Shown piece after piece: positions 36,358-40,927 of a stretch of DNA of 40,927 bases. How positions within the stretch are numbered: the first letter of the stretch is position 1; each line of letters begins with the position of its first letter. The notes beneath the pieces were generated by a model. That model was not told where the DNA came from and made no database searches. It worked only from the letters and a program-made list of their open reading frames with translations. The stretch is from Octopus bimaculoides (taxonomy: Eukaryota). The position numbers and the translations under genes are program-made. The DNA is taken from contig NC_069000.1 in NCBI RefSeq assembly GCF_001194135.2, forward strand, positions 29,213,833 through 29,254,759, in the 5' to 3' direction.

Positions 36358-38671
36358 ATGGCCATGTTAAACATTGCATGTTTGAATGTTCGTGGCCTGA
36401 GCTTGAAGAGGAAGCAGGCGCGCCTTCTTGACGACCTCGGGTCACATGGTATAGATGTGATGGTTATTACAGAGACCAAGCTGGGCAAGCTGCAGGCCTT
36501 CTCGGCTCTTCTGAATGACTACGAGAAAATAATTTCTCCTAGCCGAGAGGGATGGAGCAGAGGGGTGGCTGTCTTGATCCGAAAAAGCCTGGTCATGCAG
36601 ACACGTACAATCTTCGTGGACCCAGAAGGAGAGTTGGTCGTTCTGGATCTGACATACAGTGGTAAGGCCTTCAGGCTGGTTGGCATCTACGCACCTGGTA
36701 ATGCAGACAAACGGGTTGACTTCTTTCGACGCCTGGAGAATTTCCTGGTGACATCAAGGACAGTAGTTGTACAAGGTAACTTTAACGCTATACTGGATGC
36801 ACGCCTGGATAGCGTGGACTCGAAGGATAGAAAGGGGAACTCATGCCTCATCAATCTGCTGAAGCGTTTCAGGCTGGCAAATCGATATAGACTTGATCAT
36901 CCGAAAGTTCCAGTGTGGACTTGGGCAAGAAACGATGGATCGATCAGGTCTTATATAGACTGGATAGTCGTAAGTACTAGAGACAGGCATAGCTTTAGTT
37001 GTCCACAGTTTACCTACGTACCCTACACAGATCACAAATTAGTGACGTGTAGGGTGAATATAGATAAGATGCATAGACAGGGATCTAGCTACTGGAAGCT
37101 GAACAAGACTTTATTGGATTGTGAGGCTTACCGAGCCATTGCTGCGGAGGTTGAGGGACACGGGGGTGGACCCACATGATCTTTGTTATGGGAGAAATGT
37201 AACGGCATATGCGGATGACATCACCATCACTGTGTCTGATGAAGGGCATCTACCTCAGGTAAAAGACGCCATCAAAGGATACGAGACGGTGACAGGAGCT
37301 AAAATTAACCAGGAAAAATGAGTCGGCTTGCAAGTCGGCACCTGGTGGGACAAGTTGGTGCCTCCCGAGAGCGTCGTTGGGCACTGGACGGAGGGCCTGG
37401 TTAAAATGCTTGGGGTCTGGTTTGGATCGGACCTCCAGGTGGAGATGAACTGGAGTGAGGTGGCGAGCAAGGTGACAGCCATAGCCCAGAAGTGGTCTGG
37501 GAGGAGGTTATCCTTGTTGGGAAGGGCGGAGGTTGTGCAGTTGTTCATAGCATCGGTGATAACCTACCGCCTAACCGTCATGCCTTGCCCCAGTTTGTGG
37601 CTGAACAAGCTGGAGCGGATCCTTTTCCACTTTTTGTGGGGAAAGAAAACTCCACTTGTGAGGTGCTCCATCTATTGCCAGAAACCGTTAAAGGGTGGGC
37701 TAGGGATGCCCTGGCTGATGATGCGCAAGCATGCGCTGGGGCTGAGACATCTTCGNNNNNNNNNNNNNNNNNNNNNNNNNNNNNNNNNNNNNNNNNNNNN
37801 NNNNNNNNNNNNNNNNNNNNNNNNNNNNNNNNNNNNNNNNNNNNNNNNNNNNNNNNNNNNNNNNNNNNNNNNNNNNNNNNNNNNNNNNNNNNNNNNNNNN
37901 NNNNNNNNNNNNNNNNNNNNNNNNNNNNNNNNNNNNNNNNNNNNNNNNNNNNNNNNNNNNNNGCAAGAGGAGTGCAAACAAGCACTTTCCCTCTTCTCCC
38001 GGGTGAGCAATGCTGACAACAGGGTTACCACAGCGGATATTTATAGCGGGTTGGTAGAGCATAAGTCTGACGATGTCCTGGGGGAGACTCTAGGTTTCGA
38101 CAAGAGGCAGCTAGCCAGCCTGTTCGGGAGGACCTTCGGGTCGAGATTTCTGGATAACTACCAGAAATCCTTGACCTGGCTGTGCTACTGATCAGCCTTA
38201 CCAGTTCGGGAAAGGTTATCAAGGCATGGTTATGACACCTCCCCCGCGTGTCCGAGGTGGAGGCTAGCCAGTGAAACAGTTACGCATGCTTTCCTACACT
38301 GTGAGGAATTGAGGGAGTTGATAGCCTATGCTGAACAGCTGATGTCGGATACAGAAGGAGTACGGCTCTCGACTGAGTCCATGATAAAGATTGTACCACC
38401 TTCCTCTTTCGCCAAAGAAAAGAAGGCAGTATTTCTCTGCGTAATAACCATATTGAAAGAAACGGTATGGAAGACGCGAGTGAAAGGGATTGTGACAGGA
38501 CAGTTCATCTCCAGACAAGGGCTGGTGAACTATTTCACCGCCCATCTTACTTTCAAGATCCATCTGGAGAGGAGGAGCCTGCCGCAAAGAGTGTTCGCGA
38601 AAAGATGGAAGGAAGTCGTAAGAAAGATGAGTATGCAAGAAGCCATGCTAACACAGCCGGTCCGGGCATAG
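36358..38671 (+). pseudogene. Tx1 ORF2 (APE endonuclease + partial RT + C-terminal domain)
   Basis: LNVRGL, ITETK, GNFNA, SYIDWI, TDHKLV, YWKLN; then EPLLRRL...TAYADDIT, KINQEK; then CPRW...ETVTHAFLHC. Contains stops, frameshifts and a gap at 37756-37962. Confidence 0.9.
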
Positions 38672-39475
38672 AAGAACAGGAAAAGATTTACAAAAGGAAA
38701 TCAACCAGCAGGTTAGTGCACTAACCCAAAACCTGAAAAGAATCATGTAAATTTTTAACTTATATCATATCATCCACATTTGTATAAACCCATTCGTACT
38801 AAATCATTTGTAAAAGCTTGACTGACCCATATATGTTCTTGTCTGTCCTTGTTTGTCCCCTCCATGTATCCTTGTATTAGGAAAATAAAGAAATTCAGTC
38901 CAGCTCCAGACCTTCTGAGGTCCAGCCGCTGACCACAGAGCACACAGCCAGTTCCAGCGACGATACGACACAACACAGCTTCATTGGAGATCCAACACTT
39001 CGTTTCAACTGTTTACTGCAAACTCCTTCGTCGCCACCGCCAACATCTACACCAACTTTTCTAAGTACACNNNNNNNNNNNNNNNNNNNNNNNNNNNNNN
39101 NNNNNNNNNNNNNNNNNNNNNNNNNNNNNNNNNNNNNNNNNNNNNNNNNNNNNNNNNNNNNNNNNNNNNNNNNNNNNNNNNNNNNNNNNNNNNNNNNNNN
39201 NNNNNNNNNNNNNNNNNNNNNNNNNNNNNNNNNNNNNNNNNNNNNNNNNNNNNNNNNNNNNNNNNNNNNNNNNNNNNNNNNNNNNNNNNNNNNNNNNNNN
39301 NNNNNNNNNNNNNNNNNNNNNNNNNNNNNNNNNNNNNNNNNNNNNNNNNNNNNNNNNNNNNNNNNNNNNNNNNNNNNNNNNNNNNNNNNNNNNNNNNNNN
39401 NNNNNNNNNNNNNNNNNNNNNNNNNNNNNNNNNNNNNNNNNNNNNNNNNNNNNNNNNNNNNNNNNNNNNNNNNNN

Positions 39476-39510
<35 letters not shown>

Positions 39511-40039
39511 TATAAGTTGACATTCAATAAAACGTTTCTCTTAAACTTTTTACCGGTTGTGTCTCCCTCTTTTCCTTTTGGCACTTATACACATTTAACC
39601 TCATTTCATTGTTTTATATTTGTGTCAACTGTGCAATGCGCTAAAGGAGCCATTCCTCGTCACCATCTCCTGGTCGCACGGTCGTTACAAGTCCTTTATA
39701 AAATATGTATGGCTTCAAGTGAGTTGGTATCAAAGACTAAATGATGTTTCTGGTTTTCTCTTTCACTATCTCCAAACTTTTTCATAAAATAAAACAAAAC
39801 ATAACCTCCATATGTTTCTATACACATCACAATTGAGTATCCGATAACTAACCAAAATGACAGATTACTCTGTCTAGTTAGTGGCTAAACACTTAAACTC
39901 TCAAATGATCAGAGAGCAATAGCTAAAAATAGATTAATATAAGATAAAACAACTTGCTACTCAAATCAACAAAGGCTTCATTTGTCTGCACACCAGGGAG
40001 AAAAGTTACCAATATAAGGCTACATGACCATATAACCTT

Positions 40040-40200
40040 GGAAAAGTGAAGATAAGCACTGACCTAGTTATGTGCGATTTCCAACTTTTTCTGTTGACTG
40101 AAAGAGGTGCCGAAAATATGCACATCAGCTTTTTTAAAATTATTAAAAAAAGGGTTGAAATTGTTCCAAAACAGGGATGGGCGCATGCATTGCACCTGGC
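40040..40200 (+). mobile_element. Possible mariner C-terminal remnant
   Basis: STDLVMCDFQLFL resembles SPDLAPCDF.LF. Confidence 0.3.
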
Positions 40201-40927
40201 TGCAAAAGAATGCATAGATGCAATACAATGCATTACAAACTTAGATTTTCTCAAATAATTTGCCTCAAACTCATGGAACACACGTGGACCATACGTAGCA
40301 CACAAGTGTATAGCAGCACAGCTGTTGGAAACGTCAGCTCTACACCAGATAAAACACCAGATACTAGAAGAGCCACCGATAGATTTATCAGATAAGGTGG
40401 CCCCAAGTTAATTGTATCTGAATAAAAGACAGGATCAACACAGCTGGGATACCTTCGATTATAGGTCTGCTCAATCAGGACTGGACAATAACAATGACAC
40501 TTTTAGAACCAAAATGTGAGCCCTTCTCCTTATGTGGGTGTGTGTGTGCGCACGTTAGCACACAAATGGAGGCGAGGGTCCATTCGGAAAAAGCACTACT
40601 ACTATTACTACTACACATTTTAATGTCAGAGCTTTAAGAGGGAGTGATCTAGGCACTTCTTTGGAATTCCCCCAACCCAAACTTTTGAGCCAGTAATGTA
40701 AAAAGGAAATTTTTTTCAGATTCACATGTTTTTGATATCGGAGATTACAATAATTTAGCAAAAAAAAAAAAGGCATAACTACGGATTTCTGCCCCCACCC
40801 CCATCCACCCACCGACTTTGGATGATCATAACTTTCAGAAAAATGGATATTTTTTAATGAAATTGTCTACGAATATATGCTATATCGTGTAGATTTCGAA
40901 TCTATAAAACTTGTGGAGGAAAGTGTT

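Larger units (their letters stand above)
34593..38894 (+). mobile_element. Tx1/L1-clade non-LTR retrotransposon, 5'-complete but internally deleted and disrupted
   Basis: ORF1 with a CCHC knuckle; ORF2 with APE endonuclease, YADD, WSGRRLSLLGRAEV and a C-terminal zinc finger; 17-bp near-duplication at both ends. Confidence 0.9.
34310..39690 (+). mobile_element. Putative solo LTR (34310-34592 plus 38895-39690) split by a Tx1 insertion
   Basis: TGTAG...TTACA termini flanked by 4-bp agtc on both sides (34306-34309, 39691-39694). CCAAT-like boxes, TATAAATA at 34543, Inr-like cagttgtcagt, AATAAA at 39526. No PBS follows. Confidence 0.6.

Noticed and set aside
40540-40927. Relatively CpG-rich end of the window as host promoter or first exon
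   Set aside because: Plausible but has no diagnostic motif; a candidate donor (gtcg|gtgggt) is not enough evidence.

Overview
AT-rich, microsatellite-dense eukaryotic genomic DNA with five N-gaps. The repeat landscape resembles an octopus/cephalopod genome (inferred, not shown). One host gene runs on the minus strand. Seven phase-compatible coding exons (28715 down to ~589, ~397 codons, continuing past the left edge) encode a coiled-coil protein with optineurin/NEMO (IKK-gamma)-type segments. Introns and the upstream region hold many transposons: several SINE families, RTE, R4/Dong-like and CR1-like LINE remnants, four Tc1/mariner-superfamily elements and Helitron-like ends. The most interesting structures are four. 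(1) A Tx1/L1-clade retrotransposon inserted at the TATA/Inr transcription start of an apparent solo LTR. (2) A SINE whose 3' tail is colinear with that Tx1 element's 3' end. (3) A ~710-bp-arm foldback of a Tc1-like transposase gene, which would form a long hairpin in the host pre-mRNA. (4) A divergently oriented ~230-bp inverted pair that preserves a short reading frame. Family calls come from manual translation and motif recall; no database searches were run.
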